Made by a program: the position numbers and the translations under genes. A model generated the notes under the pieces. It worked only from the letters and a program-made list of their open reading frames with translations. It ran no database searches and was not told the origin of the DNA. From Balanoglossus misakiensis (Eukaryota; Animalia; Hemichordata): a stretch of DNA of 64,000 nt. Shown here piece by piece: positions 1-14,354 of the stretch; within the stretch, counting starts at the first letter, position 1; each line of letters starts with the position of its first letter. Where the stretch lies: assembly GCA_040954595.2 (NCBI GenBank), contig CM082592.2:7985677-8049676 (forward strand), read 5' to 3'.

Positions 1-1695
1 TGTGCGTCGCGGAGAGAGCTCTTACATCGAATTACAGATAATGGGGGCGGTGTCGGGTCCCTGTCGGTTAATTTGACTTTTTTTTTCGACTTCAAAAAAA
101 AATAATACACGCCGTGTTTGATACGACAGTCTTAAAGCTAGAAATCCTCATCTGTCGTTCCTTTTCCCCGTGTAAGACGTATTTCCTATTCTTCTTGAGT
201 ATCGAATTAAAAAGCGAAGATCTGAAGGAATCACTTCACTTGATGATAAACTCGCTATCGTGATTTCAGCCTGACCGAGCCCCCTCCTTATCAATCATTA
301 TCATTCTGTTGTGATAACGTACTTCTTTTGTCTAATGATGACTGCTACAATCTAACTTTGATTATTTCCACATTACAACTGCATCGAATATCGCTTTTGT
401 TCAAATCTCTAGTTTCTCTTAGTGGCCGGCATTCGTTTATTTTTCTCTGTGAAAGACACGTTAGAAAGGCAAATCATATGCGTGATTGGTTATTCAGATA
501 GAAGGCTGAAAGACTATATTATTTTTTTATATTTATTAAGCAAACCTTTGGAAACAAATACATATAAGATGGCGGTGGTCGGTTTTGGATTCTAACGAAA
601 ATATGGTTCTGTGAATAGATAATTATGAGCGGAGATAAAAACATGTCAAAAGCAATGAAAATAACATATCAAACCAATCGACGCGTTTTATCATGTATAT
701 CGAGTTATCGGAACATCTGTTAAGTACGAAATGGAAAGTCGCGAAGTGGTGTGCGGTTGGCTGAGTGGGAATCATGGGAAATTGCGCACCCTTGTCGAAA
801 AACACAGCCGTACTCTGTTCGAACTCTCTGCCGTGCACGTGGTGATGTGACCAGATTTCGCGGACCATGAACCGTTGGTTCACTGAGCACCATGCGAACC
901 AGTACTCTTCTCCTCATCCAAGCGCCAACCCATGAGACTCAAATAAAAATCGCCATTAATATTTTTGTATTTCTTAATTAAAAAATTCTCCTGTTCGAAT
1001 TTTTGTTGGGGGATTTTCTACACGGGTTGAATTCGAAAGATCACAATTGTTTGCACCGTCAGTGGACAACTTATCACCGTCTTCTTCATACCTCATTTTT
1101 TTTTGCAGTTCTTTTCATTGTATTTTTTCTCTCGTCTAGTTAAATGTTACTATTTGGCAGGTAATTGTGGCCTGCATTAGGCGCCATTCTGCGAGTGTAA
1201 TTTCCGAATGACTAGCTAGGCCTGACAAACCGAACCAACCAACCGCTAAAAAGACGCCCCGCCCTCCCAATCCCGCAGAACCTCCGTCTCATGTCCACAT
1301 TTCAATCAAGCTAGCTGCGGGCATTCGAAGGCAACGGGAGTGCCGGGCCCGGCGATGGTTGAAAAGTACGCGCCTAAATGCTGCCACATTTTCGCAAAAG
1401 ACACGCTTTCTCCCCAGACAAAAAAGGAGAACAAATCGAATCAAAGCGAGATCTCTTTACCGATGGGGCACAAATTTTGTCTCCTTTCAACGTGTTCCTC
1501 GACAAAATTGACGAACTTGACCACAGGCCTCCAGCACTATCCAGGACCCACTGGCAGAATGACGTATACACTCAAGCAAATTATTGTTCTCCTGGTTTCG
1601 AATAAAAATGAGCGATCACATATGACATCTATATCACAGAGTGTCGCAGTATCCGTGCGATGAGAATATTATAATAATAATAATCATTGTTATTA

Positions 1696-1714
1696 GTTGT
1701 TGTTGTTGTTGTTG
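1696..1714. repeat. (GTT)n microsatellite, preceded by a short (TAA)n
   Basis: Read directly from the sequence. Confidence 0.85.
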
Positions 1715-2540
1715 TGTGGGAGGGGAAACAATTGGCTGCACTTTCAGTATCGTTCATCACTGCACTTTATTTTTGTTTTGTTTATTTGTTTTTCAGCTGA
1801 AAAAGCACACCAAAAACTGCACTATTCTGCTAGCCAATGCAGTCTGTGTTTATCGAACGCCACGTAGTTGTGTTCGGTTGTGTTTCGCGCAGAGTCAATA
1901 CAATTTCTAAAACTGACAATTCAATGTGACTGAAACTTTGGTCAGTAGCAAATGAAATATTCTTACGTGTAAATTCCTATGAGTTTAGACTCGTCATAAA
2001 CTACTTCGTTTTCTGACGTAATCTGTCACAAACAGGGATCTTTCCAAGCCACATGTAACGTGCACATAAGGCCTTTCATGTAGATATCGGTTAAGAATTT
2101 GAATAATTTTGAACCTGCCCGATTATTTTTTTTTTCATTCCACATTTATTGCTGTCCATTGATTTGGGAAATAACGCTTGATTTTGCGCCGCAAGTTGAA
2201 CTTGAAGGCCAGCGATCTAATTTCGCCTTTGATTCATTTTCACCAACCTCGCCCCAGCACATGGTTTTTAACTTAAACGTGACAGTGAACCGGGGTATGC
2301 AAATATTTATCAATATTTTGACTGTTCCTCTCTCTCTACTCATGGGGTTTCTCACCATTTCCTTTTGTGCGTTTCTGGGGCGCGCCCTGCCAAGCCGTTT
2401 TGTGTCGATTTCAGTTGCCTCCATGCGCGCCTCGTTTCACCGTGTACCGCGCGCTTATCAACCGGTGACTTTTGTCTTTGTAACGGGTTATGTTCATGTC
2501 TACCAGTGTGTCCAATTACTCTGATTCTTATCTACACTAT

Positions 2541-2633
2541 TTCTCTCTCTCTCCCTCCCCCTTCTCTCTCTCTCCCTCCCCCTTCTCTCTCTCTCCCTCC
2601 CCCTTCTCTCTCTCTCCCCCCTTCTCTCTCTCC
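2541..2633. repeat. 21-bp polypyrimidine minisatellite (ttctctctctctccctccccc), 3 full and 2 partial copies
   Basis: Units start at 2541, 2562 and 2583; partial units start at 2604 and 2622. Confidence 0.9.
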
Positions 2634-3166
2634 TGTGACGTGTGCTGTATACTTAATCCAAAGTCTGCTTTTTGACCCCTTGCCTTGTCGTAATCCCAAC
2701 ACGCGAACCGCCTTTTCCCGACCTTTTCAAAACACCAAGGCCATATAGCCCGAAAGTCCACATGTTACTATAGCACACAAAAAAAGCCGAAGAAGATCAG
2801 AGGGGCATACCACAATCGAGCGATAAGTGAGCCATTGGACAGTCTAGCCGACAGTGTTACGTGTTCAGTTTTGAATAGAATAGGTTGATTAAAGTTAAAA
2901 AGCGCGGAAATGATATCGGCAAGTATTGATGGGATTCAAGTAGTCGACATTGAGCGAGTGATTCTTCGAAATCCCCCTCCATTACTCGCACCAGAGATCA
3001 GTCACGATTCAAAAGGACTGATCACCGTGGTCTTGTGTCTGTTTTCTGGTCAGAAATTCAATTAATGAAGGCAACTGATTATCTGAAGACATACGTCATC
3101 AAGTCTCTCTCTTCCACCCTCCCGCTCGCTCCCTCCCCATCCTTCCATCCTCTCTGCCTGCTTGCC

Positions 3167-3168
<2 letters not shown>

Positions 3169-3223
<55 letters not shown>
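3169..3223. repeat. (CT)n microsatellite
   Basis: Read directly from the sequence. Confidence 0.95.
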
Positions 3224-3228
<5 letters not shown>

Positions 3229-6200
3229 CCCTTCCCCCGCCCCTTTCATGTACAACCAGACTGAGCAGATTAAACAGACGACAAATTGAGCCGTTTACTG
3301 AATCCCGTTATCATACACACACCCGAAGGTTTCTTTTCTCCTTTTCCGTCAAGTTCAACATAATTTCCGCCTAAAGATAAGCAATTTTCTCTAACAATGA
3401 CCACCGGTGATTCGCCGCGACTAAACACCGTCGGTTGAAGTTGCCGACAAGTTGCATCGCGGCAGCACAATTTTAACATCCGATGACAAAGATTTCTATG
3501 TGTTCCACTCCCTTTTGGACAATTTCACTGCCACTACTTAAAATCCCCCCGTCTCTTCGTTGAAAGAGATTCGATTTCGTTTAAAGGAAACGGCAATTTG
3601 TAAAGACACTCATGAAAATGACTAAATAACTCTATCAGCCTTCATTTTTCAAGATTGGGTCTGAATGACAGTTTTTTTCTCTTTTTGCACTGGTGATTTT
3701 GAGCATGAAAGCTGGTGCCGGTTTTTAGTCTAGATCATAATAAGATGAAAATTCCAGTCTTAGAGACCACCGACTTGAGCTCCGTTATCATCTAGTACCG
3801 TAAGACAAATCTCATCCTGCGTTTTTTTCTTCTTCCCCTTTTCGCCCTGATCCTACTTTTAAGACGATTTCAAATTCTAGCCTCTTCCGTCACATACCGA
3901 TTCGGGGCAAACTTAGAGTCTCGGATTTCAATCTTCTCTTTCGGCGGCATCGGTGCAGAGACACTGACAAGAAAACTCGACGGCGGCAATATAGGCGGGT
4001 ACAGGATGTCGGTCGGTGGGCTCGGCTTAAAGAAATCGATAGTCGGCGGAGACGATCTTCCGACACCTGTGCCGTCACTCTTTGTGTTCGGTTATTGTGG
4101 ATGACGTGAGAGGACAGTAAGTAAATTACTGAACTGCCGGCCGACCGACCGACGTCACAGAATCTGAAAAGCCCGCCAGAACGACAACAACAACCTTACA
4201 CTTTTTGGAAAAAAAGGCTTATATTACTTTCTTTTGGAACAAAAATGGTGGCTTTGAGGTCTTTTCTTCGGCAATGTCACGAAAATCAAACGCGGAATAC
4301 GATGAAGATGATGTTAGACGGGGGATTAGATACGGTTTTGATGAGGAGCCCCCATCACGATGGTTTATTGGAGTGCGATTATCGTTATCATTTTGCCTCT
4401 CGCGCAGAAAGAGCTGTCCCTCTGTCTCTCGTTGCATTAACTTTCCAATTTGTCACGGGATTACCCGCTTTTGGCTGTGTTCCCCATCGCTTTTTAGAAC
4501 TCTCGTTACTTTCTCACGCTAGGATTTGATGTGACGGTCAGTGTCTCAGTCAAATTTACTACCAAATGCGCGTCCATCGCCTGTGACCCCCGCGATAACA
4601 ATTGACCATTCCGTCAATAATCATTGCAGACCATTGCGATATTATATTGCGCGAATTCACTTTATAACAACAGGATGCGTTTTCCAACGTGACATCCGAT
4701 AGTTAACTTTCGCGTATCCTCCAGTCATCTAATGCTTGGAAGAAGGGCGTGTATTATACGTGCAGAAAATGACCACGCGATTCGCCCAAAGACAAAGCCA
4801 CCCCCCCCCCCCTCCCGCAAAAAGAGGAGAGAAAAAAACAGGGGGCATCGATCGGGATGGGAAACTAATGACAAATTTCACGGTTCATGAAACTGCAATC
4901 CCCGCCGCACAGACAGTCAAAAATCACCGCCTTTCATTACTGACATGAGCAATCTGACAGTGTGTAGAACTACTAGCCGGCATTAAATACAGTATGAGTT
5001 ACGCCTGTTTAGTAAGCCGAGATAGCAAGACAGTCCCTGGACGGGTTTTGTTGTATTTTGCCGCCTTCTCCGGGTCCGTTGGGAACGACGCTTTGTCAAA
5101 ATCGGACCGACGAAAGAAACCGAATATCAATCGTCTATTTCTTTTGCAGTGAAGAACACAAGAAACTGGGAGAGAATTCTTTGGAAAATGACCGAAAGTA
5201 ACAACTGGCCACCGTCCCTAAAGGGCCAACATCTGAAACTTCTGGTTATATTTATCAGTAACGTGTATTTTTCTGTTTAATGTATCAACTACATTTTCTT
5301 GTTCTTTTTCATCGATGCAGAATCCCCAAACAGCCAATGTTCAGCTCTTCAACAAGTCGTGTACATGTGTGCAGACCATCGTTATTTTTGATAAATGCAT
5401 CCAAACCTGGACTTTAATGCACTTTTAAAACAATAACAATGCCGATTAAGCACACAATGGACTGTGTTGAGAAGATAAATACCAGGTATTTAAGCCTGCA
5501 TTAGGAAGACGAAGAAAAACACAACAGAAGTGAAATATTGAACAAAAACAGACCATTTCAGATAGCAGAGCTTTAAATTCATTCGCCCAGTCACTCCATA
5601 ATTCATGTCAGTTTGAGTTGGATAAACAGATAAGTTTTTTTTTGTCCTGACCATTAAGCTCTATGATATATTTCAATCAAACCTGTCCATCTCGCACACA
5701 GAAGATAGGTGCATCAACTCTTCCATTATTCTAATGATCTTGGTTTCCGTCAAAACACATTTTCCTAAATCTTTTTTTTTTTCAAACGACACCCTACATC
5801 TCTTTCGCTCTGAAAAAAAACTTTTTATCTGCACGTTTGTGGGAGTCTCCAAGGGCTCGCGTTGAAAATTACCCGTGAGCAGGTATTTTTGAGACTTACA
5901 GAAATTCCTCGTCATGATTCCCCCTTATCGGGGAGAAAACGCGTCCTTGGTTTGATTAAAGAACAAAGAGGAGGGCAAACACGCCCAATTATAGATAATT
6001 ACTCCGAAGTGATGCACGGCGCAGAAAGTATTTCTAGAAGGTCCTGCGCCACAATGCACGACTCACGTCTCGTTTATGTCTTCCATGTCTCCCCGAGAAC
6101 CGTCTAACGAATCTCGGCGGGCTTACAGATACAAGTATCGTTCTCAGCGACTACATATCTGGCCCCGGAGGCGAAATCCCGATCCCCTCCTTGTGGAACT

Positions 6201-7519
6201 CAACTTACTATTTTTTTTACTTCTGTGTTACATACTGTTTCAATAACCCGGCGATGTTTATTGACTAGAAAGAAAGAATCGGATACGATTGTCACAAGGT
6301 GACTTGTTTGGGGGGAACCGTGAGGTCTGCGTCGGTGCGCTTCTCCAAGAGGGACGTTTCAAGTTGCTCGCCAAATGGCCATCTTGCATTACCTCAGCCA
6401 TGCATTAGTCACGAACCCGTAGTTAATAACGAGCAAATTTGGCACGAATTGGACAACGTGTCACCGGTTCGGGAACAGCGCCTGGAGACGGCGGCCCTGC
6501 CGACTTGGAAGTTGGGGGGGGGGAGAAAAGCGGCGGAGTAGTGGAAGACACGTCGGAGAGGATTCGACAATTAATCAAACTGTCATCTCATCTCAAGTGA
6601 GTCTGGCTGGACGGGGGGAAAGATAACCACCGGGGGAACATCCATCTCAACCCCCATCAGTGCTTACTCTCTCTCTCTCCCCCCGCCAACTTTCACTTCG
6701 AATCACATGGCCGCTAATTCCTGACTTAAAGTACACTCCCAGCAATGCTGGTAATAATTAAAGAAGCCCACTGAAAGATTGAGCGACGCTACGGGCCCCG
6801 CCACAAGAAAACTCGGGCGAAATTACAATGCAAGAAAGTTTCAGGAACGCTGGGAAGGACCTGCATAGCTCAGCCGTACGTGCGCCGGTCGGCGAACATC
6901 GGGAGTTTTTTTCCCCGTGCCCGTCACACGAACTAATTAGTTCACAGGTGGTCTCCTACCTGATGACTGAAACTGCAACCGTGTCTCCTGGAGACCTGAA
7001 TATTTCATAACGCCGTGGTTTGCACTGGCAAACAAACGATAAACGGATAGATATAACTTCCTCCTTAATACCATTCGAGTTGATTGCTCCCCGAATGTAA
7101 ATCTGAAGCTGTCTTCAATAGCAGGTCTTAATCCATGCCATTTCCCAAACAGAAATTCGCTAACACTTAGGAAAGCGATTGGACGAACAGATAAAGTCTC
7201 ACTGGCGTTATTTTGGTGCTCTGCTCAGAAAAAAGTAACCGATATCTCAGTGTGTGACATAGATTTTTTATTATGGACTGCTGTTACGACAATTATTTTA
7301 AAGGTGATTTGTATGATAACAAAGTACCATAACACCACTCACTCGCCGGTATCTTTTCGTGGGCGATCGTAAACTATCACCGCACCGACTCCCCAAAACG
7401 AACTATGATATTTGGCGTGCCATTAGTGTCAGCCAAAGGGGGGAATTCATCGGAATTTATGGGGATATGTTCACAGCCTGCGTCCGGGTTGTCATTCATC
7501 TAGGCTCACCCCTCATGAT

Positions 7520-7554
7520 GGGGAGGGAGGGAGGGGGAGGGGAGGGGGAGGGGG
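7520..7554 (+). repeat. G-run tract (GGGA-like), potential G-quadruplex
   Basis: ggggagggagggagggggaggggagggggaggggg: seven G-runs of 3 or more separated by single A. Confidence 0.8.
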
Positions 7555-10500
7555 TCACGCATCCGAAGCAGGCAGGCTCTTCGTAAGGTGCGCCGGGAAT
7601 AGATAGTTTTAGTCGCAGCTGCGCGTGCACGCGCGCTGCAGAGTCTGAAGGCGCACATTTGCCCTGTCTGCACGCGAACAAAGTCGGGATATGTTGCTGT
7701 CATACATCGATAACTTCAACACTGATCTTTCAACGATAACAGAATTTCCACCAAACCACCACGTGCCAATCTCAAAACGCTGTCCGGCAATTTACCAGAG
7801 CTCTCTAGCAATTTATTTGATTGTAAAAAAAAGCTTCGTGCATATCGTGTTTTGTGTCCAATTTCTTCGGAAGCACATTTACGCTTTTAAGTATACATAT
7901 GTCATAGAGAGCTCTGAGATGGGTAGCTAGCTCCAGGGGAGAAATTTATCTAGGAAATAAAATGTTTTCCAAGCATGCACGGCGTCGAAAGCGGACAGAA
8001 AATCTGTCTACGTGAAACCTCAGTTCTACAAGAGATCATCGAGCGGCCCCTCCATCATCTTCGCAAATGAAGATAATGCGATACTTTTACCAGTGTGTTT
8101 TTGACACTGACGCCTGCATTTTGCGGCGTGCGCCGCCATTAAACGGGAGAAATTCGGGAAAACACTTGGCTTGTCGACAGTGATGGTCCCCGACTCCTCA
8201 AAAGAGTTCGCATACCGCCGCAAGGCGTGGAAAGACTACCCAAGCGATCGCTAAGCGGCTGCGACTGCACAGGCAAGCCGCACTAAGCGGGGCAGCCTCA
8301 TTTGATGGGAACTTCCAGTCCGATCTCGTCCGACAAAAAACAGCCAGGTTTTGCCAGAAAAACTCCCGCGTTTAATGTGATCAATTTCGGGTAGACATCA
8401 CAATGACATGTCGTTAACTCCCCCCCCCCCCCTTGCCGCTAAGCCAAGCGAGGAACGACTCCGTGCTCCGCACGCTGCATCGGATGACGTCGCTTTACTC
8501 GTCCGTGTGCATCGATATCTGCCACGTTTATCGATTACTGAGTATTCGTAAAAAAAACAGACACCAACAACAAGATGAATCAGTTGGAAAAGAGAGAGGG
8601 AAATCACAAAAAAATAACCCGCCAGAGCGCAGACGGGCTCGGGCGAAAGACGCATCCGAAACACCAACTCGCCTCCGAACACAAACACAATAGACCCAAA
8701 CACACGTGAATTCCTAATATTATTAAAAAAAGTTTAATCTGTCATTTCCTTGGTTTTGTCCGAGTCAGCATCCTGCGATTTGGAAACATCCATTCCCGTG
8801 ATATTCATTAGGCAAAAGGAAAGGCAGGTTTTCATCAGATACCTGCCTACCACACAAAAGGGTGTGTTTTCTCATCCCTCCATGTGTGACACCAGCTCAA
8901 AGTGAACACTGTAGCGTTTCCTACGCGTTCGTCTTCCTTTGTTTCCTCAGCTCTTCCCAACCTCTCCCATCACCTGCTCTCGCCTCCCGCACAGCTGTCG
9001 ACCGAATTCAGACGAATTTGCGATCGAAGCTCCGGGTTTTTTCAGTCTTTTACGCCGGGGCAGAAAGCGCAGAACGAACACGGGAGACTGCCCTTTTTGT
9101 TTAGAGAAAACGTCGGGGCGCGCGGGTTTTTTGGTCGTGGAACGTATTAACATCCACTCAACGACGACCATTGAAGACAAATTGCGATGACCTTTAGCGA
9201 GAAACACAGCACCAGTCGCGCGAGCGCCCTTCGCCCATACAAGTACCGGTGTACATGTACCTCTTGCCGAATTACAAGAGGTGATTGTTGTTTTTAAAAG
9301 GGCAAAGGTGAAACGCCGATACCCTTAGAATCCAAACTTTCCCCCGCTAACAGCACCTTTGTGGCACGGATGTGAATACTGCGCTGTATACACAACTCGA
9401 AAATACTGCAAAATTTTGCAGGCTAACCGTTTCCACGTTTTTTTTTATACCTATAGACGCAAGCACGCCTTGTTTGTAGCGCTGATTGTCGACACCGCCT
9501 ATCTATAAAATCGGCGGCGTTTCTGTTCTCAGGGTCGAAAGTGATTTGTACTCTTTTCGCTGTTTGTTTTCGGCATTCAGAGCGACAAAAAAGTGGCAGA
9601 GATTTGAATCAATGGCGTAAAGTAAGACAATTACGACGCTACCTACTTAGTCTTTGCAAGTCATTTCTTCTCCTCGCTGCCGTCCTGCCGCCGCACCGAT
9701 CTCTTCTCAAGTCGTCGACAAAAATCCTGAAAATATGAAGGAAGGAAAACTGTTTACCAAAATATTGCGCCCGTTTAAGTAGGCCCCGCTTTTTTTTTCT
9801 TTAAATCCATTTTGTTACCAAGTAGGTGGCCCAATATCTCGGGTGCAGCTGTTGAAAGAGCATCGCGACGGTGTTACAATACTTTAATTTCAGTGTGCGA
9901 GCTCCGGCGAAATCTAGCGAAAGGGGGATTAAGGCGGGTAGACAACGAGTTAAGAAAACAAAGTATTGGGTGCGGTTGTTGAATGCAGTCGCCCTGTTAG
10001 ATGGGACGCGGCGTCTACCCTCATTGTGTTTGCCAGTCGGTGATGGATGCCGACACTATGCTACCGGGTAAATGGTCCCCCGAAAAACGGCGAACCATTG
10101 TGGAAACGTGGCTCGAGCCAAGTGGTACGGGGTCGTGCAGGGTGGGGGAGAAAATACGCCCTACACACCAGATTAGAGGAGAAGAAAGGCAACCTCAATG
10201 TCTGTACAACGGTGGGCCCCGCCACAAAAGTAAACGCTTTTATTGGTAACAAATCTCACCTAGGGAAATTGCAAGGGGAGAAAAGAAAGTGGCGGGCGTG
10301 GAAATAATTACCGGTTAGGAGGAAGAGAGAGAAGAAAAAAAAAACGGGGAACATTGCATAATCTTGAAACACTTTGTAAACCGAAGACCGTAGACAGAGT
10401 ATCGGAGGCGGGCGCACAATACATGTAGTTCAATGGTGTGAGAACTGTACAAGCCGCCAAGATCGGCTCAGTGGATTTTGGCGGCAGTACATCTTCACTC

Positions 10501-12596
10501 CGCCAGCCACATGCGCGCGCCGGCCGCACACCGACACAGCATCAAACGCTAACTGCAAACGTAAATGGACGTAATTTCATGATTTCATTAAAATTAACTT
10601 CCTTTATCCCGATTTTTATTAAAATATGGCGCTCATCTACGCTCTCTCCCGCGGCGTAACACGCAGACGAGAGGCATACTGGGACCAGTTATCCACAAAA
10701 GAAAGAAAACAAACCACTGGATGAGAATCTTCCGCGGAAAAAAAATCTCAACGTTTCTTTGATATTCAGTGTCATATTATTTTAACACTGGCTGTTTCAT
10801 GTTTTAGAGGATTGTTAAATAGCGGTTGACCAAGTCTTTGTATTTTGTTTCAATTAAAACGTCGCGACTCGGTTATTTAAATTTTAATAGCCGCTACAAA
10901 AATGACACGCTGTTGTTTTTACCTATGCTGAATTTATAATGCAAGTGTCGTGTGTTTTCCCTCGCTTGATTAAAATTGAATGCTCTATGTTTAAAAAGTC
11001 GACTTCTAAAAAAAAATCTCTGCTTTGAGTTGGCGTGGATGTGGATACTAATCACCCCTTCTAGGCTGGAACACTGCCGCTAATCTAGCTATAGAATCTC
11101 ACACCAAGTTCAAGAAAACTGGAGTGGACGCATGCGTCGTTTGACAGCGGGTCATAAAAAACCTGACGTTCCGTTCTGAATCGCGGATGCAGGGCGACCC
11201 ACCTGTCGGTGCGTGTGCCATTTTTAAAAAACAAAATGATGTGCGAAGGATACCGCCTAAAATGTCGGTGCCAAACGGGTATAAATGACCCGGGCTTTGA
11301 CGGGGGTAATCGGGGTAATTTGCTGGTACATCACCGTCCATTATACATGTAGAAGTAATGTCGGTATATGAGCGACTCTTTTTTTCATGGGGACTTTATC
11401 AATCCGCTCAGCTCACCGGGGTAAGTCGTACGAGAAGAGACGAACGACACGACGACTGTAAATTCATCCCAGTGACTGGCGCGAGCCACGCATAGGCCAA
11501 GTCAGGGTTTTATCCCGATGTATCCCAGCATGCAATCCAACAGAGTGGGGGCTCGGGGAGAGAGAGAGGGAGAGGCAAACAGGTTTGCGCGGCCTTCCCC
11601 GTGCTCATGTTCTTCTTCGCATTTGTATACCAAAGCAAAGACACGGATATTTTGGGCGAATTACACGGTAGAGTCGTTCAGGCGGTGTCATTGACAGCGC
11701 CAATCGCTGACAAAAACACAGCGTTCTCCCTCCCCCAGGATAGGGCTCCAAATTACCCAAATTCTACGAAACGCAGAAAACCCAAGGTGATTTTTCTTCT
11801 TCGGATCCGAAAATGGGAACATCCTTGACAGAAGTTTGTTTGGCAGGGATCTCCCCAGGGGTTGGGTGGAGCCCTAGCAAGCCATCTTCTTTTTTTTACG
11901 AAACAGTCGCACAGTTCGTTCGTTTTGTCATCCCATCTATTGTTGTTTTGTCTATGGTTTTTACTGGCATACTAGATTAGATTCTCGTACAAATCTCCCA
12001 TAAAAACGGCGCAACAAGGTGTTGCGCGACTCGACACTACAAGAGAACAACAACATCACCGCGTCACCATAGAAACGCCCCCCCCCCTTCTATTCGAAGA
12101 TGACCTCCGCGGCAAAACGTATGTTCAATCGCCATTTAGTCTGCGAAAGCGGCGAATTGCTGCACGTGAAAAATATGATATGAAAATAAGCAGACTGTCA
12201 GTTGGAAAGACAGGGGCACTCGACGAAGGCGCCAGACAACCAGAGCGTTAGCTCCATCAACAATGTCGATATAACGAACTCACAGCACGCCTGTCACCAC
12301 CATACAGTGTCAGCTCCGCGAAGCACCCAGGGACCCCCGGTCACATCTCAATTTAACATGCCCGTGTATATTATTCTCATCGTTCATATTAAAAAAAGTT
12401 ACTAAACGATGTGTGATATTATAACGATATATACAATTACTCGTCAACGGAATTAACATGTAAATAATTAATACTCTTCAGCGACGCCTGAGTGGGTGAA
12501 GTCTGAGGTAGTTGTTTGTTTAATAAATTTGATAAACTGAAGATCCTCTGTACAGGTTGGAGAATTTAATGGCAACATGGCGGACTGGTGGCGTTA

Positions 12597-12616
12597 AGGT
12601 CAAAGGGGAGAGGTCA
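12597..12616 (+). promoter_or_regulatory. Candidate nuclear-receptor response element AGGTCA-a-AGGGGA-g-AGGTCA
   Basis: Two perfect AGGTCA half-sites spaced by 8 nt, with a degenerate middle half-site (DR1+DR1). Motif match only. Confidence 0.35.
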
Positions 12617-14354
12617 TGAATTGGTACCGTTGTCGTGGCATCGAGTATTAGACAATAAATCATGCTTCATTAATATTATGTTTATCCACATACGCAATGC
12701 GCACAGACACTAGCGGATGGGCTGAGCGACAGTAAAATTAAGGATTATTAATTTTAACCCCATACCGACGAACCATTTCTGCCTGCCCAATAATCTGTGT
12801 CGGATATATAATTAATATTGATGGCACTTCCACAGGATATTGTTTGAGACAAAAATCTGTGCCGTTTTTCATAAACTGCGCGACTCTGTGTAAGTGTTTT
12901 GTCTTCCATAATCATGTCTGGCGATATTTTGCTCATATCTACGTCACTGCTTTGACGCGGGAATATTTCACTAAACATTATCGTCCCATGCGCTGCTGCG
13001 GCTCCAAACCCACCGATGGAAGAAGCGGTTCCCGCCATACAGTATTAAAGGGTGTCTTTAACCCGGTCCCTTTTCAGAAGAGGGTTATTTTTCAACAATA
13101 GACGCACGTCAATCATTTCCCTAATGTGATTTTCACATCTTGCCATCATATCGCAACAGCTCAAAGGTTCGAAATGGTTGGCGCCATTCCCGTGAAATGT
13201 GTCCATTTATTTATCGTCTGCAAGCTTTAATCCCAAAGTTATGTCTCGGTCGTTTGATTCGTCGTGATGCGACAGGTTCAACAAGGACTTGAATACAAAA
13301 CCCAGAACTGCGGCTGCGCGGCAATAAAATACACAATTTTTTTCTCCGCTCTCGTTTTAAATTTCTGAAATGTTTACGAAGGGGAGCCTGCAGAGAATAC
13401 ATTTTAAGGGGCTGCTGTCAATATTCGCAATCGAGGAATTATGCTTAAGGGGTTCCTCCAAAGTGATTTGTCAATCACTGATGTTCAAAACGGAATAAAA
13501 TTTACCATGATTATCAAGTTGCCGAAAATTTTGAAACAGACCCTATAAACACGCTACTAATATCGACAACGTCACAACAAATACCCCAAGTGGATTTGCG
13601 CACCGCCGAAAAATCGGTGATGTACACTTGTACAGCACGGTACAGAAGGGATGATACTATCCAATCCGTTTAACCATGCAAGAGAGTGAGCGAACACCCT
13701 GTGTGAACGTCTGGAGAGACCGTCCTTATCCACTTCGCCAAACAGTTGTCAATTCAGCTGGGACCGCACTATCTTCCCAGCTTCTCATAGATGCATTTAT
13801 TTGTAAAACAAACAATCGGGAATTGAAGTCACCCCCGGGGGTCGCGACCCTGATTGAATACCAGAATACGAACTATTTTTTCTCGTAATTGGTGCCCCTC
13901 CCCTTTAATTGTTAGGTGATTTGGTCGCCTATCTACAGCGGTAAATCAAAAACATAGCAGGCATCAGCCTGGCCTAATCTGATCAACGGACACACGTTCG
14001 TTCATCGCGCCCTACACCCCATTTGTCAAATTTCTCCTGACAAATAGCGAACAAGCATCGTCACCTTTAATGACCGACGAGCGGACGCCATATTGGATCA
14101 TCCAATCCCCACCGTTCAGACAGTCCGGGCTTTTTAAACTTTTTTTTTTCGGCCTGGGTGGCATCGGTGCTCAACATCATACCCCCCAAGGAGTCGTTAA
14201 AACGCGGACATTTAACACAAGAGGCGCAGTACCCACCCTTGTATTGTTATCCCGAACAAATTGACACCGTGTCAAAGTGAAGTAGGAGCGTAATGGATCA
14301 TCCAACGAGAGCTGACCACATTCAAATAAATTAATAACGAAAAACATATTGTGT

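Noticed and set aside
2365-3374. ORFs with SLSL/PPPSLSL/EREKGEG repeats
   Set aside because: Translations of microsatellites.
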